A stretch of 52,620 nucleotides of DNA from positions 30,687 to 83,306 of the forward strand of contig CAYUIG010000001.1 in the NCBI GenBank assembly GCA_964444685.1, in the 5' to 3' direction. Source of the stretch: an uncultured Gemmatimonadaceae bacterium (GTDB taxonomy: Bacteria; Gemmatimonadota; Gemmatimonadetes; Longimicrobiales; RSA9). A program made the translations under genes and the position numbers. Below are positions 31,797 to 42,452 of this stretch, in pieces. Numbering within the stretch: the stretch's first letter is position 1; every line of letters begins with the position of its first letter. The notes under the pieces were generated by a model that was not told the DNA's origin, made no database searches, and worked only from the letters and a program-made list of their open reading frames with translations.

Positions 31797-34700
31797 ATGC
31801 ACTGCCCGCGTTGCGACTTCGAGAACCCGGCCGGGTTCCGCTTCTGCGGCTCGTGCGGATTCGCCCTGGAACCGCAGTCCGTCGCGGCGGAACCCGAGCG
31901 CCGTCAGATCACGGTAGTCTTCTGCGATCTGGTGGGATCGACGGCCCTCTCCATCCGACTCGACCCGGAGGAGCTGCGCGAAGTCGTGCGCGCGTACCAG
32001 GAAGCGGTGGCGGGCGTCATCGAGCGGTACGGCGGCTGGGTGGCGCAATACCTCGGTGACGGCATTCTCGCCTACTTCGGCTATCCCTCCGCGCTCGAGT
32101 TCGAGGCGGAGCGCGCAGTCCGTGCGGCGTTGGGCGCCGTTACCGCCGTCAAGCGGCTCGAGCTCGGCCTGCACGTTCGTGTCGGTGTGCATACGGGTGT
32201 TGTCGTCGTCGGTGAGGTGGGTGGCGGCGGCCGGCGCGAACACCTCGCGCTCGGCGATGTGCCCAATCTGGCCGCGCGCCTCCAGGGCGTCGCCGACCCG
32301 GACACGGTCGTGATCAGTGCGGAGACGCACCGGCTCGTGAATGCGCGCTTCGAGTGCAGCGAGGCGGGTGTGCCCGCGCTGCGCGGCATCGAGCGTCAGG
32401 AGCCGGTGTATCGGGTCACGTCCGAACGGAGCGAGTTGCGTACGGCAGGTGTGCAGCGGCTCGTGGGACGGGACCGCGAGCTGGATGTGCTGCTCTCGCT
32501 GTGGGAGCGCGCACGCACCGGGTCGGGTCAGCTCGCCATCGTCAGCGGCGACCCGGGCGTCGGCAAGTCCCATCTCGTACGCGAACTGCGCGCGCGCGCC
32601 GGCGCCACGCCGTGCGCGCAGCTCGAGTGCCGCTGCCTGCCGTACTACCAGAACACGGCATACTACCCGATCACCGAGCTGATCCGGTCGGAGGCGCGGT
32701 GCGATCCGGATCAGTCGGTCGAGCAGCGCATCGATTCGCTGGCCGGGCTGCTCGATCGCACGGGCTTCCCGCTCGAGCAGACGATGCCGCTGTTCACATC
32801 GCTGATGTCGCTTGCGCCCGACGAGCGCTGGTCGGACATCGACATGCTGCCGGAAGCGCGCAAGGCGCGCACCCGCGATGCGCTGCTCCGTCTCCTCCTC
32901 GCCCTGGCCGAGGCGCAGCCGCTCATCATCGTGGTCGAAGACATCCACTGGGCGGACCCCTCCACACTGGAGTTCCTCGCGCTGGTCGCGGAGCGGATCC
33001 GCGACGCGCGCATGCTGATGGTGCTCACCCATCGACCCGGCGACTTCGCGCCGCTCGAAACGTCCGGCGCGACCCGCGTCGCGCTCGGCAACCTGCGGCG
33101 CGACGACACGGAGGCGATCGTGCTCGCGGTCACGGGCGGCCGTCCGCTCCCCGATCTGGTGATGCGTCAGATCGTTGCCCGCACGGACGGCGTGCCGCTG
33201 TTCGTCGAGGAGCTGACACGCACGATCCTCGAGTCCGGGATGCTGCGGGAAGAGGAAGGGCAGTGGGTCATCGACGGGCCACTGCCACCGCTCGCCATCC
33301 CCAGCACGCTGCACGACTCGCTGGAGGCCCGGCTCGACCGGCTATCGACGGTGAAGGAGATCGCGCAGCTCGGTGCAACGATCGGCCGCGAGTTCCCGTA
33401 CACGCTGCTGCGCGCGGTGGCGCCCGTGTCGGAGCCGATGCTGGACGCCGCGCTCGATCAGCTCGTCGCGGCCGACCTGCTGCGGCCGACGGGCTCGCCC
33501 GCACGCCGCAGCTTCACGTTCAAGCACGCCCTGATCCAGGAAGCGGCGTACGAGTCGCTGCTGCGCAGCACGCGGCAGCAGCACCACCTCCGCATCGCGC
33601 GCGCACTCGAGGGCGACTTCGCGGATCACGCGGCACCGACGCCGGAGTTGATCGCGCACCACTATACCGCCGCGGGCCTCGTCGAGCCCGCGGTGCGCTA
33701 CTGGAAGCTGGCCGGCCGTCGCGCGCTCGAACGTTCGGCCAGCGTGGAGGCGGCGGCGCATCTGCGAGCGGGACTGGCGCTCGTCGCCCAGCTCCAGGAT
33801 CGACGCGCAGCGGCGCGGACCGAGCTCGAGATGCTGGCGATGCTCGGGCCCGCCGTCATCGCGCATCGCGGGTACGGCGCACTCGAGTTGCAGGACATCT
33901 TCGCGCGCGCCCGGCTGCTCTGCGCCGATGTCGAGGATGCCGCTCTGCTCGGACCGGTGCTCACCGGCATCTTCGCGTTCCACTTCGTACGCACCGAGCA
34001 GAAGGAGTCAGAGGCTCTCGCTGCAGAGCTGCGCGCCGCGGGCGAGCAGACCGGCGACGCGATGCTGTCCATCACGGCGCGCACTGCGACCGGACTCGCA
34101 CTGATGGTGCGCGGCGAGTTTGCCGCGTCGGCGGCTGAACTCGAGCGCGTGCTCGCCGATTACGACCGCGACCAGTTCGGGCCGCGCGCGTTCGCCTACG
34201 GCCAGGACATTGGCGTGATCGCGCTCATCTACCTGGGCCTCACGAACCATCTCCTCGGCCGGCCCGCGACGGGGCGTGAGATGGTGCTCGAAGCCGTGCG
34301 CCTCGCCGATGCCGTCCGCCACCCGCACAGCCGCGCGGCCGCGCTCTCCATCGCCGGCACGCTGCATCAGTATCAGCGCGACGTGAACGCCGTCCGCCTC
34401 TGGGCTGCGCGCCTGGCCGCGCTGTCGGCGGAGCACTCATTCGACCACTGGACCGTCGAGAGCGGCCTGCTCGAGGGGTGGGTGCACGCGAAGGAGGGTC
34501 GCAAGAGCGAAGCGATCCAGGCCGTCGAGACCGCGCGCGCGAAGGCCGGCGCGCTCGGCAGCGAGCTGCGCGATCGCTATTACGCACTCGTGGGGGAAAC
34601 GCTCGGGCTGTCAGGTCGCGCGCACGAAGGGATCGCCGCGCTCGAGGAGGTGCGCTCACGCGCGATCGCGCGGAGCGAGCGCTGGTGGTGGCGCTCCGAC

Positions 34701-34982
34701 GCCGATCGCATTCAGGGTGAGCTGCTGCTCGTCCTCGACCCGGACGCGGACGCGGAGCCCTGGCTGCTGTCGGCACTGGCCACCGCGCGCGAGTTCGGCT
34801 CGCCTACGCTTGCTCTGCGCGCCAGCCTTTCGCTCGCGCATCTGCGCGCGCGCCGCGGTGACCCGGAGGGTGCACGCGACCTGGTGCGCGTCGCGCTCGC
34901 CGGCATGCACGAGCCGCCCGTGGAGGCGGATGCGCACGAGGCCACGCTCCTGCTCGGCGCTGACGTCAGCGTCGTTCGCTAG
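31797..34982 (+). CDS. multidomain signalling protein: double zinc ribbon + class III adenylate/guanylate cyclase domain + AAA/STAND ATPase + TPR-like C-terminus
   Basis: ATG at 31797 (MHCPRCDFENPAGFRFCGSCGF). The cyclase block is VVFCDLVGSTAL...GDGILAYFG...VRVGVHTGVVVVGEVGG. The P-loop is GDPGVGKS. The long helical C-terminus is unassigned. The upstream 332 codons of the track ORF are antisense to real minus-strand genes. Confidence 0.85.
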   Translation: MHCPRCDFENPAGFRFCGSCGFALEPQSVAAEPERRQITVVFCDLVGSTALSIRLDPEELREVVRAYQEAVAGVIERYGGWVAQYLGDGILAYFGYPSALEFEAERAVRAALGAVTAVKRLELGLHVRVGVHTGVVVVGEVGGGGRREHLALGDVPNLAARLQGVADPDTVVISAETHRLVNARFECSEAGVPALRGIERQEPVYRVTSERSELRTAGVQRLVGRDRELDVLLSLWERARTGSGQLAIVSGDPGVGKSHLVRELRARAGATPCAQLECRCLPYYQNTAYYPITELIRSEARCDPDQSVEQRIDSLAGLLDRTGFPLEQTMPLFTSLMSLAPDERWSDIDMLPEARKARTRDALLRLLLALAEAQPLIIVVEDIHWADPSTLEFLALVAERIRDARMLMVLTHRPGDFAPLETSGATRVALGNLRRDDTEAIVLAVTGGRPLPDLVMRQIVARTDGVPLFVEELTRTILESGMLREEEGQWVIDGPLPPLAIPSTLHDSLEARLDRLSTVKEIAQLGATIGREFPYTLLRAVAPVSEPMLDAALDQLVAADLLRPTGSPARRSFTFKHALIQEAAYESLLRSTRQQHHLRIARALEGDFADHAAPTPELIAHHYTAAGLVEPAVRYWKLAGRRALERSASVEAAAHLRAGLALVAQLQDRRAAARTELEMLAMLGPAVIAHRGYGALELQDIFARARLLCADVEDAALLGPVLTGIFAFHFVRTEQKESEALAAELRAAGEQTGDAMLSITARTATGLALMVRGEFAASAAELERVLADYDRDQFGPRAFAYGQDIGVIALIYLGLTNHLLGRPATGREMVLEAVRLADAVRHPHSRAAALSIAGTLHQYQRDVNAVRLWAARLAALSAEHSFDHWTVESGLLEGWVHAKEGRKSEAIQAVETARAKAGALGSELRDRYYALVGETLGLSGRAHEGIAALEEVRSRAIARSERWWWRSDADRIQGELLLVLDPDADAEPWLLSALATAREFGSPTLALRASLSLAHLRARRGDPEGARDLVRVALAGMHEPPVEADAHEATLLLGADVSVVR

Positions 34983-35599
34983 GAAACCGTCGGCGCCGAG
35001 AGCGAGAGTCGGGCGAACACCACGAGGAAGAGCGCCACGCCCGCGATCAGCCCGATCATGAACACCGTGTAGGAAGCGCGCAGCAGACGGAACTTCCTGT
35101 CCAGCACCGCACCCAGGCTGTAGATGTCGCGGATCATGTTGCCGTAGAGCCGCTCCGCGTCCGGAAGCAGCTCCTGCATCGCCACCACGAACTCTTCCTC
35201 CTTCAGGTTCACGAAGCTCCCGAAGAACAGGATGTTCGTGGCGTTGTCGCGCACCTCGTCGAGCGTGATCGGACGCTTCGTCACGCGCGGCCGCGCCGCC
35301 AGCACGGCGAAGATCAGCGAGATCAGGCAGCCGACCACCAGCACACTCGTGGGCCAGAGCAGCTCCGGATCCGCCGACAGCCGCGGCGCGATCGATGCCA
35401 GTACGATCGAGACGATGATGCCATTGATGCTGATCATGATGTTCGCCTTGTTGTCCGCCAGCGAACTCATGTCTACGTGCGTGCGGTAGGACGTGCGGAA
35501 CATCGTTTCGATGCTGCGCTCCGAACCGAGCTTCTTCTTCTTCTTCTTCTTTTCCTTCTTCGGCTCCTCGCCGGACTCCTCGATCTCGATCTCAGCCAT
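34979..35599 (-). CDS. small membrane protein (206 aa) with acidic/poly-Lys N-terminal tail, 2 TM helices, ~80-aa soluble region and C-terminal hydrophobic helix
   Basis: ATG at 35599 has GGGAG 7 nt upstream and overlaps the ppk stop by 8 nt. The N-terminus is MAEIEIEESGEEPKKEKKKKKKKLGSERS. The conserved-looking stretch LADNKANIMISINGIIVSIVL follows. The gene is encoded by a ~60% GC segment. Confidence 0.65.
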   Translation of the reverse strand: MAEIEIEESGEEPKKEKKKKKKKLGSERSIETMFRTSYRTHVDMSSLADNKANIMISINGIIVSIVLASIAPRLSADPELLWPTSVLVVGCLISLIFAVLAARPRVTKRPITLDEVRDNATNILFFGSFVNLKEEEFVVAMQELLPDAERLYGNMIRDIYSLGAVLDRKFRLLRASYTVFMIGLIAGVALFLVVFARLSLSAPTVS

Positions 35600-37622
35600 G
35601 CGCGACTCCCGTGAGCGGGACGGTCCCTGCTTCGGTCCTGCGATACCACTCCACCTGTGCGCCGACACCGCGGCGCGGCTCGACACGACGGTTCGTCATG
35701 TCCGCATCCAGGATGCGGGCGGAATGCTCGTCGCCGAGCTGCAGCATCAGGATGTCGCGCAGCTCGGCTTTGTGCGCGGGGTCGAAGATCGGGAATGCGA
35801 CCTCGACGCGGCGCTTCAGGTTGCGCGTCATCCAGTCCGCGGAGGCCAGGTAGATGCGATCCTCGCCGGCGTGATGGAAGTGCCAGATGCGGCCGTGCTC
35901 GAGCCAGCGGTCGACGATGCTGCGCGCACGGATCGTCGCGCTGCTTCCAGGGATGCCCGGGGCAAGGCAGCAGATGCCGCGCACGATCAGATCGATCGGC
36001 ACGCCCGCACGGCTCGCATCGTACAGCCGCCCGATGATCTCATCGTCCTCGAGGCTGTTCATCTTCAGGACCATCCCGGCCGGCCGGCCGGCCGCGGCTT
36101 CTGCGGCCTCGAACGCGATGAGGTCGTAGAGGCGCCGCCGCAGATCGAAGGGCGCGACCAGCAGGTGCTCGAAGTGCGGCGCCGGGTCCTCGCCGGACAG
36201 GTACGCGAGTACGCGCGCGACCTCATGCGTGATGCGCGGGTCCGCGGTCATCAGCGCATGATCGGCGTAGAATCGTGCGGTACGCTCGTTGAAGTTGCCG
36301 GTGCTGAGGTACGCGACGCGCTGCACGTTGCCGTGAATGCGACGCGTGATCAGGGCGATCTTCGCGTGCACCTTGAGACCGGGCATGCTGTAGAGCGTGC
36401 GTGCGCCGGCGGCCTCGAGCGCGCTGCCCGCTTCGAGATTGCTCTCCTCATCGAAGCGCGCCTTGGCCTCAACGAACGCGGTCACGCGCTTGCCCGCCTG
36501 GGCCGCGCGTACGAGTGCGCGCACGATCGCGGAGTTCTTCGCGACGCGGTACAGCGTGATGCCGATCTGCTCGACCGACGGATCCGTTGCGGCTTCCTCG
36601 AGCAGCCGCAGCACGTCGTCGTAGGACTGGTAGGGGAAGTGCAGCAGCCGGTCGCGCCGTGCGGCCGCATCGAGGAGCGAGGTCCCGGTGCGCAGCTCCG
36701 GATGCGGCAGCGGCGGCATCGGCGCATAGGAGAACTCGGCCATGCCGAAGCGCGGGAAGCCGGCGAGGTCGTGGAGGTTGTGGTAGCGCCAGCCGGGCAC
36801 CATGTCTTCTTCCTCGAGGGCCAGCCGCTGCTGCAGGCTGGTCAGCAGCTCCGCCGGCATTTCGGGATCGTAGAGGAATCGACTCGGCAGTCCTGTTGCA
36901 CGCCGGGCCACACCCCGCCGAATCGCGGCGACGAGGTCGCCGCCGAATTCGTCCTCGAGATTCAGCTCCGCGTCCCGTGTCAGCTTCACGGCCCATGCGC
37001 CGCGGAGCTGCGCATCCGGGAACAGTTCGGAAAGGTTTGCCCGGATCGCGTCGTCCAGGAAAATCACGGCGCGTCGGCCGGGTGATGCCGGCAGCTCGAT
37101 GAAGCGCGGCAGGTCCGGGAGTTCGACCAGTGCATCGGGACCCGGCTGTTTCGCGACGACCAGGTAGAGCCGCCGGTTCTCGAGGAACGGCGGCGGTCCG
37201 TCGTCGAGTGGCAGGACGCTGAGGCCGGGGCGGATGCGGCTGTCGAAGTCGGCGCGCAGGAATTCCCGCTGCGCATCCGTCAGTCGGGTCGCGACCAGCT
37301 CGATGCCGCGCGCGCGCAGCGCGGGAATCAGCGAACCCCTCAGGATCTCCCCAAAGCGCGTCTGCTGTGCGTGTGTGGCCGCGAGGATGTCACGGAGCAG
37401 CGCGGCCGCGCCGGGTGGCGGCGACTCCAGGCGGAGCAGCGTTCGCAGCGATGCGACGCGCACCCGGAAGAACTCGTCGAGGTTGGAGGAGAAGATCGCG
37501 AGGAAGGCGAGGCGCTCGCCGAGAGGAATGTCGGGGTCGTCCGCCTGCTGCAGCACGCGCCCGTTGAACGCAATCCAGCTCAGTTCGCGGTTCAGCCAGC
37601 GGTCCGCCTGCGTCGTCGCCAT
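35592..37622 (-). CDS. ppk: polyphosphate kinase 1
   Basis: Full-length 676-aa PPK1 with both PLD-like C-terminal domains. The N-terminus MATTQADRWLNRELSWIAFNGRVLQQA is diagnostic. Confidence 0.9.
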   Translation of the reverse strand: MATTQADRWLNRELSWIAFNGRVLQQADDPDIPLGERLAFLAIFSSNLDEFFRVRVASLRTLLRLESPPPGAAALLRDILAATHAQQTRFGEILRGSLIPALRARGIELVATRLTDAQREFLRADFDSRIRPGLSVLPLDDGPPPFLENRRLYLVVAKQPGPDALVELPDLPRFIELPASPGRRAVIFLDDAIRANLSELFPDAQLRGAWAVKLTRDAELNLEDEFGGDLVAAIRRGVARRATGLPSRFLYDPEMPAELLTSLQQRLALEEEDMVPGWRYHNLHDLAGFPRFGMAEFSYAPMPPLPHPELRTGTSLLDAAARRDRLLHFPYQSYDDVLRLLEEAATDPSVEQIGITLYRVAKNSAIVRALVRAAQAGKRVTAFVEAKARFDEESNLEAGSALEAAGARTLYSMPGLKVHAKIALITRRIHGNVQRVAYLSTGNFNERTARFYADHALMTADPRITHEVARVLAYLSGEDPAPHFEHLLVAPFDLRRRLYDLIAFEAAEAAAGRPAGMVLKMNSLEDDEIIGRLYDASRAGVPIDLIVRGICCLAPGIPGSSATIRARSIVDRWLEHGRIWHFHHAGEDRIYLASADWMTRNLKRRVEVAFPIFDPAHKAELRDILMLQLGDEHSARILDADMTNRRVEPRRGVGAQVEWYRRTEAGTVPLTGVAHG

Positions 37623-37663
37623 GCAGCCGGATGTAACCGTTCCAGGGTGACGGGTGCAACGGC

Positions 37664-37710
37664 AGGGACAAAAAGAGTTGAGGTGGGAACGCGTGGAGCG
37701 TCCCCACCTC
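37664..37710 (-). terminator. Rho-independent terminator (minus strand) between the usp pseudogene and ppk
   Basis: Stem gaggtgggaacgc/gcgtccccacctc (1 mismatch). Five A on the plus strand give UUUUU after the stem on the minus strand. Confidence 0.7.
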
Positions 37711-37769
37711 GGGGGGAGGCCCTGAGGCCTCCGAGCCGTCCGGGCGCTCGCGACACCCGGAACGGGGAT

Positions 37770-38175
37770 TCATCGCACCGCGCGTTGCTCCGCGGTGACC
37801 AGGTATTCGGCGCGGCGGCGCTCCGGCGGTACCACCAGGACCGGAGGCGCTGCGCAAAGCCCTACACGGGCGGCTGTCGATCCCAGTGAAAGCGGCTGGT
37901 AGCCGGTATCGCCGTGACTGCCGACGACGATCAGGTCGGCGCCCAGCTCATCGGCGCAGCTCGACCCACGGAAGACCACGCCGCACCCGCACACTTGCCG
38001 GGTCCGCACCGACTTCGCCGCACCACCGCGCGGCGCGGCCATCCATGTCGTCCCGGTCCGACACCGCGACGTGGATCACCACGAGTTCGGCCCCGAACCG
38101 TCGGGCAAGCTGCGTCGCGTGGTGCCAGGCCGCTGCGGCCCCCGGCGAATAATCGGTCCCTACAAGGATCTTCAT
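37770..38175 (-). pseudogene. universal stress protein (UspA family) disrupted by a +1/-1 frameshift near 37950-37960
   Basis: The N-terminal half MKILVGTDYSPGAAAAWHHATQLARRFGAELVVIHV...ASVRVRRG ends at a stop at 37948-37950. The C-terminal half ...ADELGADLIVVGSHGDTGYQPLSLGSTAARVGLCAAPPVLVVP continues in the adjacent frame (track ORF 37770..38042). Confidence 0.6.
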
Positions 38176-38334
38176 GCGCTGCTCGCCACCGGCGGTGCGC
38201 ACGTGCGGTGCGCGCCTCGCCTATGGGGAAAGGCAAGCTCGGGACCGCGGGCCGGTGATTGTGGCGCAACGACTTACGACTTTGCTGCGGAAAAATGGGT
38301 GTGGCGAAATGGGACAGCGGCGCGGCGGAATGCC

Positions 38335-39664
<1,330 letters not shown>

Positions 39665-39672
<8 letters not shown>

Positions 39673-41167
39673 GCGATGTTCCATTCAAAGGCAGAACGAT
39701 CCGGATGCAGGCGCCCGCTTCCTCGTTCGCGGCCTCGATGCGGCCGCCGTGTTCGTCCACGATGCTGCGCGCCACTGCAAGGCCCAGCCCCGTGCCGGCA
39801 CCCGGCTCCTTCGTCGTATAGAACGGTTCGAACATCCGTACCAGCGCATCCTCCCGTATGCCGCCGCCGTTGTCACGGACCTCGATCGTGCCGTACTCGC
39901 CCGCATCGTTCGACTCTGCCTGCGTGCGGATGCGAATGATCCGTTCATCTTCGCGCACGCTCACCGCCTGCACCGAGTTCACCAGCACGTTGAGGAATAC
40001 CTGGTGCAGCAGGTTCGGATCGCCCCGGATCGGCAGCCGCGTTTGGTTTTCCCAGTCGAGCCGGATCTCCTGGCGGTTCAGCTCGGGCTCGAGGAAGTCG
40101 CCCACCCCGCGCAGGATCGCCGTCGCATCGATCGACTCGAGCCGCGGCGGCTTGCGCCGGGACAGGTCGAGCAGGCTGCGCACGATCCGCGCGATCCTGT
40201 CGATCTGCGCGATCACGATGCTTGCGTGGCGACGTCGCTCGTCCGGCCCCGGATCACCGCGCTGAAGCATCTCGGCGCGCCCGCGGATCACGTGCAGCGG
40301 AGCGCCGATCTCGTGTCCCAATCCGGCGGCCAAGTTGCCGATCGCCGCCATCTTCTCCGTCTCACGCAGCCGCCGCTCCAGCTCGAGCCGCTCCTTCGTC
40401 TCATCCAGAAGCTGCATGCGGGCTCGCTCGAGCTGGTCCGCCATCCGGTTGAACTCGTCCGCCACCTCGGCTAGCTCACCGCTCCCACCATCCGCAGGGA
40501 GGCGGTAGCCCAGATCTCCGCGTCCTACCGCCCGCACGCCCTCCAGCAGATCCGCAATCGGACGCGCAATGAGCCGGCGGACCAGCAGCAGACTCACCAT
40601 CGCGATTGCACCGAGCAACGTCAGCGTATTCAGCAGGAACCGGTTGCGCGTCCGCTCGAGTTCTGCCACCAGCGACCGGAGGGGCTGCGCGACCTCGAAC
40701 GCGCCGATCACGCGACCGCTCCTGTCACGGATCGGCCGCAACACCGCGAATACCGGCTCCCCTTCGATCTCGCGCTCGAGCGTGGTGCCGTTGCCGGCCA
40801 GCGCGGCTGCCACCGCCTCCGGGGCCGCCGGGCCCATGACCGGCACCGCTTGCGTGTGGTGAAGCACACCACCGTCCGCACCGTAGACGACGACGCCGAA
40901 GATGGTCGGCTCGGTGCTGAAGCGGTCGATCGCGTCCTGCACGCTCCCGCTCGCCGTGTCGCGCAACTCCGCTTCCAGAGCCAGCTCGAACGCGGCTGCG
41001 TACGCCTGCGTCTCCCGCTCCGAGTTCACGCGTACACGGTCGATGCGTTGCCGCAGCGCCCAGAGCGCGAAGGCCGCCATCACGAGCGCGACCACGACGA
41101 GCAGCGGAAGCAGCAGCCGCGTACCCAGCTTCATCCGACTTCGGAGCATGGCATGATGATACGCCAT
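39665..41167 (-). CDS. sensor histidine kinase (TM + HAMP + HisKA + HATPase_c)
   Basis: The H-box HEIGAPLHVIRG, the N/G1/G2 boxes (NLLHQVFLNVLVN, DNGGGI, GTGLGLA) and an N-terminal TM helix are present. Start is ambiguous among three ATGs within 36 nt. Confidence 0.8.
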
Positions 41168-41276
41168 TCCGTGCCGAAGAGGGATGTCCCTCGGCTTTCC
41201 GGGTTGCGATCAGCCGTTCGGGATGGTCCCGAAGGATCGAGCTCGAGGTGAGGTTCGGGTCCCGAGGCCGCGGGTC

Positions 41277-41945
41277 TCAACCCGCGGTGGAATCGGCGGG
41301 GACGCTATCCGGCCATGCGACCGGACCGCCGTACCGCTCGCGCAGCGCGGCGACGTACTCGCGCATGGGCATGAGTCCCATCGCCGCACGCGCCGCGTCC
41401 ACACCCTCGACATCCGCGATCGGGTAGGGGACCAGCTGGCCGTGCTCGATGCGGAACTGCGTGCCGTAGAGCTGCGGCCGCCCCTCGTGCACGAGCACCC
41501 GGTCGGTCAGCATGGCGACGTCGCTCCGATCCGCCTCGCCGCGCTCCGCCGCCGCCCGCAGCAGCTCCAGCATCCGCTCCTGGAAATCGTGCGATGGACT
41601 GTGCTGCACGACCAGGAACGCCGCCTCGGCGGCATCGATGCCCACGCGGCTCCGATCGGGCCAGCCGTGCCGCGCGACCAGCTCGTCCAGCTGTTGCGTG
41701 TTCGCCGAGTCCACCGCCGCGATCCGTTTCAGCAAGGCCGTGTCCGCCGCCGTACCGATCGTCAGCGAGTCGCGGACCGCCTGGTCGATCCGGCCCATCT
41801 CCAGCAACGCGGCCTGCAACACGGCGTTGTCCGCGCCCGGCTCGGATTCTGCCTGGCCGTTCCGTTCGCTTTGGCTGCCGCAGGCGGTCAGGACGATCAC
41901 AGCCACCGCCGCCGCTCGACGCATTCGATCCTGCATCCGATTCAT
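41277..41945 (-). CDS. hypothetical lipoprotein
   Basis: Internal ATG at 41945 (MNRMQDRMRRAAAVAVIVLTACGSQ). The upstream part of track ORF 41277..42476 overlaps the well-supported arfB gene and is rejected. Confidence 0.5.
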   Translation of the reverse strand: MNRMQDRMRRAAAVAVIVLTACGSQSERNGQAESEPGADNAVLQAALLEMGRIDQAVRDSLTIGTAADTALLKRIAAVDSANTQQLDELVARHGWPDRSRVGIDAAEAAFLVVQHSPSHDFQERMLELLRAAAERGEADRSDVAMLTDRVLVHEGRPQLYGTQFRIEHGQLVPYPIADVEGVDAARAAMGLMPMREYVAALRERYGGPVAWPDSVPADSTAG

Positions 41946-42014
41946 CACTAGGGTCCACACGGGTCGGGCGACCCGGACCTTGCCACTACTCGCCGTCGCC
42001 GTGAAAGATCCTGA

Positions 42015-42452
42015 ATGACAGAGGATCGCGTGCTCCCGGTCGAGGGCGGCCTCACCATCCCGCTCGCCGAGCTCACCTTCCGCGCGACGCGTTCCGGCGG
42101 CCCCGGCGGCCAGCACGTAAATACATCGGCGACGCGCGTCGAACTCACGTGGGACGTCGCAGCCTCGTCTGCGCTCACGGAAGAACAGCGGGCGCGCATC
42201 CTCGCACGTCTGCGCAACCGCATCGACGAACGCGGCGTCCTGCGCATCGTCGAGAGCCGGAGCCGCAGTCAGCATCGCAACCGCACGGTCGCGTCCGAGC
42301 GACTCGCACGCATCGTGGCCGGTGCGCTGCGCGAACGGAAGCGCCGCCGGCCGACCCGGCCTCCGAAATCCGCGAAGGAAGCGCGCCTGCGCGAGAAGCG
42401 GCACCGATCCGAGACGAAGTCGCGCCGCGGGCCCGTCACTCCCGAGGAGTGA
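42015..42452 (+). CDS. arfB: alternative ribosome-rescue factor ArfB (peptidyl-tRNA hydrolase, class-I RF GGQ domain)
   Basis: The GGQ motif lies in RSGGPGGQHVNTSATRVEL. A short basic C-terminal tail (KRRRPTRPPKSAKEARLREKRHR) is typical of ArfB/YaeJ. Confidence 0.85.
   Translation: MTEDRVLPVEGGLTIPLAELTFRATRSGGPGGQHVNTSATRVELTWDVAASSALTEEQRARILARLRNRIDERGVLRIVESRSRSQHRNRTVASERLARIVAGALRERKRRRPTRPPKSAKEARLREKRHRSETKSRRGPVTPEE

Noticed and set aside
31677-33314. N-terminal 546 codons of minus ORF 30852..33314
   Set aside because: Antisense to the cyclase/STAND gene. Only the C-terminal 274 codons, after a GTG with a lipoprotein signal, show protein-like features.
31797-35599. Pycsar/CBASS-type defence operon (cyclase plus TM effector)
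   Set aside because: Genes are convergent rather than co-directional. The TM gene is translationally coupled to ppk. The effector lacks a cNMP-binding domain. The cyclase belongs to a widespread regulatory AC/AAA/TPR family. Kept only as a low-probability hypothesis in the findings.
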